Positions 28,010 through 38,409 of a stretch of DNA of 64,000 bases are shown here, piece by piece (the first letter of the stretch is position 1; the number at the start of each line of letters is the position of its first letter). The position numbers were made by a program, and so were the translations under genes. Where the stretch lies: the NCBI GenBank assembly GCA_963783575.1, contig CAWAOD010000009.1, positions 384,001 to 448,000 on the forward strand, given 5' to 3'. The notes beneath the pieces are model-generated. The model was not told the DNA's origin. It did no database searches and saw nothing but the letters and a program-made list of their open reading frames with translations. Source of the stretch: an uncultured Spirochaetota bacterium (GTDB taxonomy: Bacteria > Spirochaetota > Brevinematia > Brevinematales > JAOACQ01).

Positions 28010-29548
28010 CTAGTACAAAAAATCACCCAATCCGCTGAGACCCGGTTCACCCGGCGTTCCTTTAAGCAGATCCTTAACGGCCGCCGCCAAAAGTTCTATA
28101 CCTTCAACGATTTGATGCACCTCAAGAGACCCGTAAGCAAGCCTGAATCCGTTTGTGAAACGGTGATCAACATCCATCTGAGGCCCGGGAATGATTACAA
28201 CGCCTTTCTCGATCGCCAGTAAATAAAGCGTAATGCTTGAGTAGCCTGACGGCATTTCCACCCATAACTGGAAACCGCCGTTTGGTATTGTCCACGAAAC
28301 GCCGGCGGGCATGTTCTTTTTTAGAGCCTGATGCGTGGCATCCATCCTGATTTTGTAATGTTCCCTTGCCCTGATAATATGTTCACCATATTTCCCGGTA
28401 GCCAGCGATGCAAGAGCAATACCCTGCATCAGCGGAGGACAGGCAATGTCCATTGCCCTTTTTAATCCTATGAGTGAATTAATTCTATCTTTTCCGGTAA
28501 TAAGCCATCCGATCCGCAGTCCGCAAATGAATGATTTTGATAATGACCCGACAACAATTGAATTATCCTTCCCGTAATTCGATAAAATACTGACAGGCGC
28601 TTCTCCTTCAATTCTAAGATCATGGTAAATCTCATCAGCAATCAATAAGATTTTATTCTCTTTTGCCCAATTGACAAAAATTTTCATCCGTTCAACAGAT
28701 ATGTCAGTACCCATCGGATTATGCATTTCGGGACAAAAGTATAATAAAGAATTACGGTTATTTGAAACTGCTTTAAGCTTTTCAGGAATTGGTCCATACC
28801 TGTCCCTCGGGATTGTCTCAACCCAATGCCCGATCGCGCCGAAAGCGTTTGGAACACCCTGGTAGCAGGGCGATTCACAGATTGTTCTGTAATTATTCTC
28901 AAGTGCATACTGAGCGATCAATGAAATCGCCTGCTGAGATCCGCTTGTAATCAATATCTCTTCCGGTGATATATCAACGCCTTCACTTTTGTATTTTTGA
29001 GAGATTATTTCCCTTAATTCAAGCATGCCCATGGGATCGCCGTAATCCTGGTACATAGCCTGGTCTCTTTTCAGCGCTTCAAGAGTCATCTCAGAGAGTA
29101 AACCCGGCTGAAGAATGGAGATATCCGGAACACCCTGGGAAAATTGGATCAGGCCGGGACGCCTGGATAAAACCTGAAGAGCCTCAAGGCTCTTTGCCGC
29201 TCCCATCCGGAGCCTCCTAGCGGCGATAGTTAGTTCAGGATCGAAAGGTTCGAGGGGCGATCTCAGTAATAAGGTATCCTTGATATTACGGTTGGCGGAA
29301 TTATCGGAAGGATCGGTTACAAAAGAACCCCTGCCGACATGAGAAGCCATATAACCCGCTTCGATCAAATCCTCAAACGCCCTGAGAATTGTGGTTTGAG
29401 TGACCCCAAGCTGTTTGGAAAAAACAGCGACAGCCGGCAGACGGCTCCCGGCATCAAGTTTATTATCTTTAATTGCCTTGATTATGCCGTCACGTATTTG
29501 AGCATACAGCGGAATATCCGATTCCCTGTCAAGCCGGATATCAAACAT
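28010..29548 (-). CDS. MocR/GntR-family regulator with PLP-dependent aminotransferase domain
   Basis: PLYAQI...GSRLP HTH; ITSGSQQA, HNPMG and SLSKS..GLRIGW motifs. Confidence 0.9.
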   Translation of the reverse strand: MFDIRLDRESDIPLYAQIRDGIIKAIKDNKLDAGSRLPAVAVFSKQLGVTQTTILRAFEDLIEAGYMASHVGRGSFVTDPSDNSANRNIKDTLLLRSPLEPFDPELTIAARRLRMGAAKSLEALQVLSRRPGLIQFSQGVPDISILQPGLLSEMTLEALKRDQAMYQDYGDPMGMLELREIISQKYKSEGVDISPEEILITSGSQQAISLIAQYALENNYRTICESPCYQGVPNAFGAIGHWVETIPRDRYGPIPEKLKAVSNNRNSLLYFCPEMHNPMGTDISVERMKIFVNWAKENKILLIADEIYHDLRIEGEAPVSILSNYGKDNSIVVGSLSKSFICGLRIGWLITGKDRINSLIGLKRAMDIACPPLMQGIALASLATGKYGEHIIRAREHYKIRMDATHQALKKNMPAGVSWTIPNGGFQLWVEMPSGYSSITLYLLAIEKGVVIIPGPQMDVDHRFTNGFRLAYGSLEVHQIVEGIELLAAAVKDLLKGTPGEPGLSGLGDFLY

Positions 29549-29715
29549 AAAATTTCTCCTGAATATTATTACAGTAATATTACCATAATAATATAGTATT
29601 GTCAAGATAAAAAAATGTTTTTTTGAATTTAATCTTAAGTCATGATATAATAGCAGCAAAAAGCAGGCTGCGGCCCCCAGGATAATGTTTTCACAATGTT
29701 GGAAAGAGGTAAATT

Positions 29716-30588
29716 ATGATCAGACATTTCGTTTTACTTAAAGCAATATTGCTATTCATTGTATTTTTCTCAGTAGCCGCCTGCACAAAGGACGGCGGTA
29801 AGATTTTACCCATGAAAACATATCCGGTTACAAGCATCCCCGACGGTGAGTTTCTTCATTACGGCGTTTACTCCGGCGGTGAAAAGAATATGAACTATTA
29901 TTATGTTAAAAAAAAAGAAACAAACGAAAGCGACGGAATTTGTTACCGGGTACATTATGATATAATTTCCGAGCCTGCCGGTAAAAGACTACCTGAAAAT
30001 TATGCCGATTGGCCGGTTATTGTGCTGATTGATCCTGCCCGCGGACAGACCATTGAATCGACAGGAAATTTGAATACCAATATCCTGAAGGATTTTGGAA
30101 ATCTGGGTGTCGGGGGACTCATTTACTGGAACTATAAATTGAACCGTGAGAAGGGTGAAATAAGGTATGTTTCAAAATCAATAAATGATATCTCGACAAA
30201 CACGAAAAATTACAGGATTAATATTAATACAACTTACCCGATAATGGATATGATATCACAGGACTTTATTACCTATCGCCTGATAGATCCGAAAAGCCCG
30301 GGGATCATTTATTTTGTAATGCCGGATTTTATGAAAGACCCTTTATCAATTTCGCTCAGGTTGGGTAAAAAGGAAACCGTAAAAGTCAAAGCGGGGACTT
30401 TCAGTGTTAATGAGGTAATTATGATCGCGGCCGACAGGTTTATAGCAAAACTGGCGGAGCCTTTCCTGAAAAATTCAAGCTACTGGGTCGAGGATTCGGA
30501 CAGAAGACTGATTGTTAAAGGACAGGGGCTGGGAGAGGATATTCAGCTTGAGGAAATCTCAAATGTAAATATAGGACGAAATAAATGA
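29716..30588 (+). CDS. Hypothetical lipoprotein
   Basis: Lipobox VAAC; ETVKVKAGTF motif. Confidence 0.65.
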   Translation: MIRHFVLLKAILLFIVFFSVAACTKDGGKILPMKTYPVTSIPDGEFLHYGVYSGGEKNMNYYYVKKKETNESDGICYRVHYDIISEPAGKRLPENYADWPVIVLIDPARGQTIESTGNLNTNILKDFGNLGVGGLIYWNYKLNREKGEIRYVSKSINDISTNTKNYRININTTYPIMDMISQDFITYRLIDPKSPGIIYFVMPDFMKDPLSISLRLGKKETVKVKAGTFSVNEVIMIAADRFIAKLAEPFLKNSSYWVEDSDRRLIVKGQGLGEDIQLEEISNVNIGRNK

Positions 30589-31568
30589 AATTTTTTTCCA
30601 CAGGATCAAAGCCATTTTTTTTAACTGTCTGCCTCAATCCTACACTCCAGAAAACCATAATTCTCAAGGATTTAAAAGAGGATAAAGTTAACAGAAGCCG
30701 CGAATATTATCTCGATGCTTCAGGTAAAGGTATAAATGTAAGCAGGGTTCTCGCTCAGCTTTGTGAAAATGTTCTCCATCTGACTCAAACCGGCGGCAGA
30801 GATAAAAAGCTTTTTTCGGCTCTTGCTGAAAATGATGGAATAAAGATGGAAACCGTTGAATCGGGTTCGGATATCAGGTTTTGTTATACGATCTTAAACA
30901 AATCAAAAAACACCACAACGGAGATTATTGAGGAATCAAAACCCGTTAATCCGGAAACGGAAGATAAAATAATGAAAAAGTTTTATAAGATCCTTCCTGA
31001 TTGTCATACTTTGATCATTTCAGGAACAAAAGCGGACGGATTTTCTAAAAATATTTTTCCCGGAATGGTAAAAGAAGCGAAGAATGCCGGAAAAGTCGTA
31101 ATACTGGATTTCCGCGGTGAAGACCTGATTAATTCACTGTCTTTAAGGCCAGATATTATCAAGCCTAATTTTAGCGAGTTCTGCTCAACCTTCTTCCCGG
31201 GTTTTGAAAAATCATACAATAATATTGATTTAGACTTTATTGTCAGGAATAAAATGGTTGAGATATACCGGGATTACGGAATTTCTACGATCCTTACACA
31301 TGGCGGACTCGATATTCTTTATCTTGAGGATGGATTAGCCTGTAGTATGCAGGTTCCGGCAATTGTCCCGGTAAATACGACAGGCAGCGGAGATGCTTTT
31401 ACCGCGGGGTTCGGGTCAGCATTTCATTCCGGAAAGAGAATAAGGTTTTGTATTGAAAAAGGAATGGAATGTTCTTTAAAGAACGTTGTCCTGATTAAAC
31501 CCGGCACAATTAAGCGAAAAAACGAAAATTTTAATTTACAGAAAGACAAGAAGACACGAAGTTATTAA
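30585..31568 (+). CDS. 1-phosphofructokinase-family (PfkB) hexose kinase
   Basis: LNPT, GKGINVSRVL, IKPN and NTTGSGDAF motifs. Confidence 0.85.
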   Translation: MKFFSTGSKPFFLTVCLNPTLQKTIILKDLKEDKVNRSREYYLDASGKGINVSRVLAQLCENVLHLTQTGGRDKKLFSALAENDGIKMETVESGSDIRFCYTILNKSKNTTTEIIEESKPVNPETEDKIMKKFYKILPDCHTLIISGTKADGFSKNIFPGMVKEAKNAGKVVILDFRGEDLINSLSLRPDIIKPNFSEFCSTFFPGFEKSYNNIDLDFIVRNKMVEIYRDYGISTILTHGGLDILYLEDGLACSMQVPAIVPVNTTGSGDAFTAGFGSAFHSGKRIRFCIEKGMECSLKNVVLIKPGTIKRKNENFNLQKDKKTRSY

Positions 31569-31740
31569 CAGCGGATTAATTTAGTATTCTCAAGATTCTT
31601 GAAAAAATATATTCTGCCGCAATAATATTGATTATTTCAAATTCCCGCTCTTCTAGTCTTCCATACTTCCTGTAAAAACAGCAATCAAAAAACGATAACA
31701 TTGTATGGTTATAAAAAATATAATTTTTAGGAGCTTGTCT

Positions 31741-31938
31741 ATGGCAAATTCAGCAAAAATCTGCCCGTTAAACGGATCACAATGCGATCCTCTTTCGCAA
31801 AACGCGAATGAAACGGCAAACCTTAACTGTTCTTTTTTTATTTCGGATATCTTCGCGGCACGCTGCCTTTATATTGAAAGCATGAAAGCATTACCGCAGA
31901 TTGCGGAAAATATTAAAAAAATTAAAATACAAAGCTGA
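31741..31938 (+). CDS. Small Cys-containing hypothetical protein
   Basis: AGGAG RBS before ATG 31741; CP...C...C...C pattern. Confidence 0.45.
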   Translation: MANSAKICPLNGSQCDPLSQNANETANLNCSFFISDIFAARCLYIESMKALPQIAENIKKIKIQS

Positions 31939-32075
31939 ATGTTGCGGATTATAAATTATCATTATAATTTTGCATAAAACATGTTTTATCAGTAAAATAT
32001 AAAATAATCAAAATAAAATTTTCTAAAAATATTATATTACCGGAGGTTTTTCTGGAAGAAAATATTGAAGTAGTT

Positions 32076-32516
32076 TTGGCCAGTGTTCGTCTGTTCAAAG
32101 ACTTTACAAGCAGTGAATTGGGATTCATATCGGATTATCTGGAAATAAAAAATTATCCTGCAGAAACAATAATTTTCCGCGAAGGAGAGACAGGTTCGGA
32201 ATTTTTTGTAATAATTTCCGGTGAAGTCCAGGTATTTAAAGAAGGCGAAAAAAAGAAAGAACATATCCTGGCCAATCTAAAAACCGGAGCCTGTTTTGGG
32301 GAAATGTCTCTTATAGACAGCCTCCCCCGTTCGGCAAGTGTAGAATCAATAATTGAGACAAAAGTTGCGATTTTATCGCAGAATTCTTTTCTTCAACTAA
32401 GGTTTAATAACCCGGAAGTATATTCCCAGATCCTGCTAAATATGGTTAAGGAATTCAGCTCAAGACTCAGGAATATGGATAATAAATTCGTTAAAATGAT
32501 AGGTTTCTTTTTCTAA
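32076..32516 (+). CDS. Cyclic nucleotide-binding domain protein (stand-alone)
   Basis: IFREGE, FGEMSL and PRSAS motifs; the start may be CTG at 32052 after GGAGG. Confidence 0.85.
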   Translation: MASVRLFKDFTSSELGFISDYLEIKNYPAETIIFREGETGSEFFVIISGEVQVFKEGEKKKEHILANLKTGACFGEMSLIDSLPRSASVESIIETKVAILSQNSFLQLRFNNPEVYSQILLNMVKEFSSRLRNMDNKFVKMIGFFF

Positions 32517-32519
32517 TTT

Positions 32520-32780
32520 ATGGAATGCAGGAAAGAATGCGGCGCCTGCTGCATAGCGGCTTCAATATCATCGCCGATTCCGGGTGAAAACGGTATGTCT
32601 TATGGGAAACCAGCCGGAACTCCATGCGTACATTTAACCGATTTGTATACCTGCGCTATTTATCCTTTCAGGCCCTGGGTTTGCAGGGATTTTGCCCCTT
32701 CCATAGAATACTGCGGCAGTAACAGGGATGAAGCTCTTAAGATATTGGAATATATGGAAATAATGACGGTAATTAAATAA
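32520..32780 (+). CDS. YkgJ-family cysteine cluster protein
   Basis: CRKECGACC...GKPAGTPC...CAIY..RP.VC motif. Confidence 0.85.
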   Translation: MECRKECGACCIAASISSPIPGENGMSYGKPAGTPCVHLTDLYTCAIYPFRPWVCRDFAPSIEYCGSNRDEALKILEYMEIMTVIK

Positions 32781-32795
32781 TTATCAGAGGCTGCA

Positions 32796-33587
32796 ATGAA
32801 TGATATCCTGACAGTTTGTATTCGGGTTGCGCGGGAAGCGGGTGATTTTCTTCTTGATAATTTCGAGAAAAAGATTCTTTCAATTGAAAAAAAACCCGAT
32901 AAAAGCCTTGCAACAAATCTGGACCGGGAAGCAGAAAGAATGATAACTGATAGAATAAAGGGATTTTTCCCCGGGCATGGCATTCTCGGCGAAGAAAGCG
33001 GTTTGACCGGATCATCGGACGAATACCTATGGATTATAGATCCGCTGGATGGGACACATAATTATATCAGGGGAATAGGCTTATTCGGCGTATCGGTTGG
33101 CGTTGCATTTCATGGCCGTTTTGTTGCCGGTGCCGTGTATCTGCCTGTTTCGAATGAATTTTATACGGGAGAAAAAAATAACGGCGCTTTTAAAAACAAC
33201 AAAATAATTCACGTATCCGATACCGGCAAATTAATTGAAAGTACAATAATCTTCGATTCCGAAATTAGAAATGATCCCAATCTCAAACTGAAAATATTGA
33301 AAGAACTTGCGGGAAGTGTATTCAACATCCGTATGCTTGGTTCATCTGTCAGGCATCTGAGCTACATCGCGGAAGGCAAAATTGACGCGGATATAGAGCT
33401 GCATGACAAGCCATGGGATTTTGCCGGTAGTGTTACCATAATTGAAGAGGCGGGAGGAAAGATAAACTCGCTGGACGGGTATGAACTTACGTATCGCGAT
33501 ACCGGTTTTATTGCTTCAAATGGAGTTTTACAAAAGGAAATTAGTGAAATTATTTTAAATTCAAAAAATAAATTTAAAATAAATTAA
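32796..33587 (+). CDS. Inositol monophosphatase family protein
   Basis: GEE, WIIDPLDGTHNY and PWDFAG motifs. Confidence 0.9.
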   Translation: MNDILTVCIRVAREAGDFLLDNFEKKILSIEKKPDKSLATNLDREAERMITDRIKGFFPGHGILGEESGLTGSSDEYLWIIDPLDGTHNYIRGIGLFGVSVGVAFHGRFVAGAVYLPVSNEFYTGEKNNGAFKNNKIIHVSDTGKLIESTIIFDSEIRNDPNLKLKILKELAGSVFNIRMLGSSVRHLSYIAEGKIDADIELHDKPWDFAGSVTIIEEAGGKINSLDGYELTYRDTGFIASNGVLQKEISEIILNSKNKFKIN

Positions 33588-33603
33588 TTAAAAGGAGCGG
33601 AAT

Positions 33604-34830
33604 ATGCTTCCGGAACTTATAAAAATCCGCCGGGAATTCGATAAAACTGAAATTATCGATGTCGAAAAAGCGGTTTTCGATGAATTGGAAAGAATAAAGC
33701 TAACAATCAGGCCGGGGTCCAGGATAGCCATAACCGCAGGAAGCAGGGGAATTGATAGGATTGATAGAATAATCAAGTCGGTTGTTGAATTTGTAAAAAA
33801 ATCAGGCGGCGAACCGTTTATTGTACCGGCGATGGGCAGTCATGGCGGCGCAACAGCCGAAGGTCAGACTGCGGTTTTAAAAGAACTTGGAATTTCAAAA
33901 GAAAGTACCGGTGCCCCGGTTTTATCTTCCATGGAAGTTGTTGAAGCCGGAGAAATAAATATTCGGAATGATGATAATTTGAAGAACCTGATATTAACAG
34001 ACAAAGGAACTAATACCATCAATGTATGGATGGACAAATTCGCCTTTGAGTCGGATGGGATTATTGTTATAAACAGGGTGAAGCCTCATACTTCTTTTCA
34101 TAGCGATTCGGAAAGCGGATTGCTCAAAATGATTTCAATAGGATTGGGAAAGGCTGTACAGGCTGGAATCATTCATCAGTTTGGAACAGAAGGCTTAAAG
34201 AATCTAATTAAACCTCTGGCTAATAAGGCGATAGAAACCGGAAAGATTATCGCCGGGATCGGTATTGTTGAAAATGCTTACGATAAAGCATTGGTAATGA
34301 AAGCTTTTCGCTCTGAAGAAATTGAGTCAGGAGATAAAAATCTTCTGATAACAGCAAGGAAAAATATGCCTTCATTACCTGCAAAAGATATCGATGTATT
34401 GATTGTTGAAGAAATTGGAAAAGATATAAGCGGAACAGGTATGGATACCAATATTATAGGAAGGATAAAAATAAGGGGCGAGAAAGAGCCCTCTTCCCCG
34501 GCAATCAAAACTATTATAGCGCTTGGCCTTTCGCGGAAAACAAATGGGAACGCATATGGAATGGGCCTTGCAGATTTTATCACCCGGGATTTATTTAAAA
34601 GTATCGATTATAAATCCACATATACAAATGCAATAACATCAACTTTTACTGAAAGAGTTAAGATTCCTGTAATCACTAAAAGCGAAAATGAAGCGATAAT
34701 TATGGCTTTAAAGGTTTCCGGAATTGATAAAAATGAAGATGCAAGAATCGTAAAAATTAAAAATACGCTGGATTTGAATGAAGTACTGGTTTCAAAAAAT
34801 ATTTTCGAAGAGATCAAAAAAACCGAATAG
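33604..34830 (+). CDS. LarA-like / DUF362-type protein
   Basis: GSRGI, PAMGSHGGATAEGQ, NRVKPHT and GKDISGTGMDTNIIGR motifs. Confidence 0.75.
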   Translation: MLPELIKIRREFDKTEIIDVEKAVFDELERIKLTIRPGSRIAITAGSRGIDRIDRIIKSVVEFVKKSGGEPFIVPAMGSHGGATAEGQTAVLKELGISKESTGAPVLSSMEVVEAGEINIRNDDNLKNLILTDKGTNTINVWMDKFAFESDGIIVINRVKPHTSFHSDSESGLLKMISIGLGKAVQAGIIHQFGTEGLKNLIKPLANKAIETGKIIAGIGIVENAYDKALVMKAFRSEEIESGDKNLLITARKNMPSLPAKDIDVLIVEEIGKDISGTGMDTNIIGRIKIRGEKEPSSPAIKTIIALGLSRKTNGNAYGMGLADFITRDLFKSIDYKSTYTNAITSTFTERVKIPVITKSENEAIIMALKVSGIDKNEDARIVKIKNTLDLNEVLVSKNIFEEIKKTE

Positions 34831-34839
34831 AGGAAAATC

Positions 34840-35130
34840 ATGATAGAAAGAAGGCAATTTGAAAGGAAATTGCTGGAAATCGATGCGGAATATGATTGGA
34901 ACGGATGTGTTTGTCCTTGCTTTATTGTTGATGTATCGGTTCAAGGGGTAGGAATGAGGGTAAAAGGATGCCTTGCCGTGAATGATAATATTACCCTTAT
35001 GATAGGGATGGAAATGATAAATGCAATTGTTGCACATGTTGACGGCACTTTTGTAGGAATTAAATTCAATAGTTTAACCGAAAAGCAGATGAATTATATT
35101 TTAGATTTGAAAATGGAAATGGCAAAATAA
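34840..35130 (+). CDS. PilZ domain protein
   Basis: RRQFER and DVSVQG c-di-GMP-binding motifs. Confidence 0.8.
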   Translation: MIERRQFERKLLEIDAEYDWNGCVCPCFIVDVSVQGVGMRVKGCLAVNDNITLMIGMEMINAIVAHVDGTFVGIKFNSLTEKQMNYILDLKMEMAK

Positions 35131-35134
35131 AATA

Positions 35135-35166
35135 TGCCCCCGTTTCTTCATCGAAAAACGGAGGCA
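35135..35166. terminator. Putative terminator hairpin between convergent genes
   Basis: Imperfect stem TGCCCCCGTTT / AAACGGAGGCA. Confidence 0.5.
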
Positions 35167-35224
35167 CCTCTATATAAATTATATTGAAGCTTGCGCTTCA
35201 ATAGATATGGGGGGGATTGATTTT

Positions 35225-35842
35225 TTAGAACCAGCCGAAGCTTAAGGATAGTCCGGCATTAAAACCTGAAAGCTTGCTGTCAGTCAGATTAAGGATATTG
35301 ATATTTCCATAAACATACCTGTATCCGATGTATGGTGATACTCTGCACCACCTGGTAATATTGAAATCAACTCCAGCAGTTGCTTCCGAAGCAAAAAACG
35401 CCCATCCGCCGTAATCGTCTTTTTGTGATACATAGCCTATGCTTCCGGAGCCGATCAAAACTTTAATAAAAGGATGAATAATGGATTGCGGCAAAAATAT
35501 ATATCCGAGCATAAGTCCGCCCCATCCGGCTCCGCTTGCATCATTTGTCGCATGCGGACTATAATGCATTGTATATGAAAGCGGCATGCCTCTTCCTGCA
35601 AAACCTATAATCAGGGAATGGTTAATTATAGCCCCAAACTCGGCACCTGCTACAGGATACACATTGCTGTCAACAAGAGTAGCATGTGATGATAAAGAAA
35701 AGTAACCTCCTATTGAATTATTTGATGAATCTAATAATGTTTGCTGATCGAATCCTTCCTGACTGAAAATCTTCATCCAGTCTCTTCCATATGATAATGA
35801 AACTACAGCAGCCAGCAGAAATACAACTATACATTTCCTCAT
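35225..35842 (-). CDS. Putative outer-membrane beta-barrel protein
   Basis: Signal peptide; amphipathic strands; GYRYV motif; C-terminal aromatic residue. Confidence 0.65.
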   Translation of the reverse strand: MRKCIVVFLLAAVVSLSYGRDWMKIFSQEGFDQQTLLDSSNNSIGGYFSLSSHATLVDSNVYPVAGAEFGAIINHSLIIGFAGRGMPLSYTMHYSPHATNDASGAGWGGLMLGYIFLPQSIIHPFIKVLIGSGSIGYVSQKDDYGGWAFFASEATAGVDFNITRWCRVSPYIGYRYVYGNINILNLTDSKLSGFNAGLSLSFGWF

Positions 35843-35926
35843 AAAATACTCCACTTTTAAAATATATAAATATATTGGCAATATCTATACCAACATGAAA
35901 TAAATATTTATCAAAAATTTAATTCT

Positions 35927-36084
35927 GGGCAGTTCTAAAAACTCATTTATTACCGGCATCGTCATACTGAGCTTGACGAAGTATGGTTACAATTGCCTCA
36001 AAACTTGTCACCCATTGGGTCAGTGCCTGCCCTGAGGAACCGAAGGGGCTCAGGGTTACTTTTATTGAGTTTTTAAAACTGCCC
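35927..36084. mobile_element. MITE (158 bp) carrying REP-like palindromes
   Basis: TIR GGGCAGTTCTAAAAACTCA / TGAGTTTTTAAAACTGCCC; TTCT duplicated on both flanks; internal CTGAGCTTGACGAAG and CCCTGAG...CTCAGGG. Confidence 0.75.
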
Positions 36085-36223
36085 TTCTATAACTAATAAA
36101 GAAATGTCTGGTTATAAGAATTCTACATTATCAATATTAAATAATAATATTCATTTTTTTGTAAAATTGATATATCAGAAATGATTAACTATCATTTATC
36201 AGTTTCAAAATTTGGAGTTGTTT

Positions 36224-37009
36224 ATGAAAAAAAACAAATATGCCGTTATTACAGGAGCCAGCAGCGGTATTGGCGCCGCTTTCGCAAGGCATTTCGCGGG
36301 TGAAGGGTATGATCTTGTCATTACCGGAAGAAGGAAAGACCTCCTGCATGCTCTGGCAGTGGAACTTGAATCGACTTATTCTATTCGTGTGGAGGAAATT
36401 GAGGTTGAATTAACAGATTCAATTCAGGTGGAAAAATTGATTAATAAAATTATGCTGATAGACAATATTGAAATTCTTGTTAACAATGCCGGATTTGGAA
36501 CAAATGAATATTTTTATAAAGGTGACATTAAAAAGTATACTGACATGGTGATGGTTCATGACATTGTTCCGATGATACTTACCTATGCCGTTTTGCCGAA
36601 AATGGTACTGAGTGGTTATAGCGGAATTATAATTAATGTTTCTTCTCTGTCGGCATTAATCCCTTTACCGAAAAATACCGTTTATGGCGGGAGCAAGGCT
36701 TTTTTAATTAATTTTTCCGAGTCATTATCGATTGAACTAAAAGATAAAGACATATATATTCAAGCTCTTTGTCCCGGATTTACCAGGACTGATTTTCATA
36801 AAAAACTGGATATCCCTGAAGATGATCTGAAAAACACCGGGCCGGCCAGGTGGATGACGCCGGAAAAAGTTGTTAAACTGTCTGTCCGTGCCGTCCAAAA
36901 AGGCAAAGTCGTTTATATTCCGGGTTTCTGGAATAAGTTACTTGTATTATTTACCAGGATTATACCGAAATCATTGTTTTATAAATTAGCGGGAAGATTT
37001 TTCGATTAA
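36224..37009 (+). CDS. SDR family oxidoreductase
   Basis: TGASSGIG, NNAG and YGGSK motifs. Confidence 0.9.
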   Translation: MKKNKYAVITGASSGIGAAFARHFAGEGYDLVITGRRKDLLHALAVELESTYSIRVEEIEVELTDSIQVEKLINKIMLIDNIEILVNNAGFGTNEYFYKGDIKKYTDMVMVHDIVPMILTYAVLPKMVLSGYSGIIINVSSLSALIPLPKNTVYGGSKAFLINFSESLSIELKDKDIYIQALCPGFTRTDFHKKLDIPEDDLKNTGPARWMTPEKVVKLSVRAVQKGKVVYIPGFWNKLLVLFTRIIPKSLFYKLAGRFFD

Positions 37010-38409
37010 CCCTTTTTCTTCCTTTTTTCCCGGTAAAGCATTTTATCAGCTTCAGCAATCATTTCCGAAAATGATTTTGTATTATTTTGAGGATCGAAAA
37101 CTGCAAATCCAAAACTTAAAGAAACTTTAAAAGGCTTTCTTAAATTATTATTTATTGCTCCCAGCATTTCATTTATCCGTGTTTTTATAAATTTCACATC
37201 ATTCTTTACTGAATCGGCCGCAATAATTGTAAACTCATCGCCGCCAATTCTGCCAATAATATCTGATTGTCTGAAATTTTTCTTTAATATTTCAGCCGCT
37301 GTAATAAGTGCAAAGTCTCCTTCGCTATGTCCATACATATCATTTATGAGTTTTAAACCGTCCATATCGGCAAAAATCAGCAGGAACCTGCCGCCGTTTC
37401 TTTTGGCAATCTGGTAATGCTGTTCACCGAGTATTGATACTCCCCGCCTGTTATAAAGCCCGGTAAGCTCGTCTTTCAGGGAGAGGCTGTGAAGTTCAAT
37501 GTTTGATTTTTCAAGTTCGGAAAGGGCTATCCTTAATTTATCTTCGGCCATCTGCCTTTCATGGAATAATTTAGCTTTCAAAAGCGAATTGCTTATCTGT
37601 GCACGGAGGGTCTCATAAATAATAGCTTCTTTTCTATTTAAACCGAAAACTATAAGACCGAAATCAACATCTTTGTCAAGTAGCGGCATAACAATCCAGG
37701 TATTTCTTTTTCTTGAAAGATTCATATTATCAGTTAGAATTTTACGGGTCGGCATAAGCGGGTTGTCAGTATTTTTAGTAATAATGATGTTTTCTTTTAT
37801 CGATAGAACCAGTCTGGCAAACTCGGGCATAATCCCGACCTTCTTATCGGTAATTTCATTTTCATAAAGCAGTATAAAGCATTCTTTAATGCCTATAAGA
37901 GGAAAACTTTCCGATATTATGTCAATTAATTTTTCTCTTGATATGGCTGAGTTCAAAACCTGTAATATATTTCTCAATTCAAAAAACAGAATATCCATTT
38001 TTGTCGAATGATTTGCGGTAATAAGGAAAAGCCTTTGAAAAACAACTACCTGGGCTTTTTGCATTATCAATTCTAACCTGGTTATTTCCTTTTTATTTGT
38101 CAATAAATTGACATAATAATTTCTGATCAGTAATAGCATTTCCGGCCAGAAATCTGCTTTATCCTCAAAGATAACCCTTTCGGACATTGTGATGTCAAGA
38201 AGATCCGGAAATTTTTCCGACTTTGCATTCATTATATCAAATTCAAGGGCTTCTATTAAACTCAGGTATATTTTATTATTCTTAATATTCAAACCCATAT
38301 TATAATGGCTTACGGCTTCCAAAATTTGCTTAATAAGATTTTTTTTATTATCATATTCGAGTATCGAATCTTTGTTTTTGATTACAGTTTTCATTTCATG
38401 ATAATTCAA
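37006..38409 (-). CDS. Diguanylate cyclase (GGDEF)
   Basis: DELTGLYNRR, DMDGLKLINDMYGH, RQSD I-site and GGDEF motifs. Confidence 0.9.
   Translation of the reverse strand: MNYHEMKTVIKNKDSILEYDNKKNLIKQILEAVSHYNMGLNIKNNKIYLSLIEALEFDIMNAKSEKFPDLLDITMSERVIFEDKADFWPEMLLLIRNYYVNLLTNKKEITRLELIMQKAQVVVFQRLFLITANHSTKMDILFFELRNILQVLNSAISREKLIDIISESFPLIGIKECFILLYENEITDKKVGIMPEFARLVLSIKENIIITKNTDNPLMPTRKILTDNMNLSRKRNTWIVMPLLDKDVDFGLIVFGLNRKEAIIYETLRAQISNSLLKAKLFHERQMAEDKLRIALSELEKSNIELHSLSLKDELTGLYNRRGVSILGEQHYQIAKRNGGRFLLIFADMDGLKLINDMYGHSEGDFALITAAEILKKNFRQSDIIGRIGGDEFTIIAADSVKNDVKFIKTRINEMLGAINNNLRKPFKVSLSFGFAVFDPQNNTKSFSEMIAEADKMLYREKRKKKG

Noticed and set aside
31534..31676. Imperfect inverted repeat TTTACAGAAAGACAAGAAGAC / GTCTTCCATACTTCCTGTAAA as a MITE
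   Set aside because: Several mismatches, no clear target duplication and only one copy in the window.
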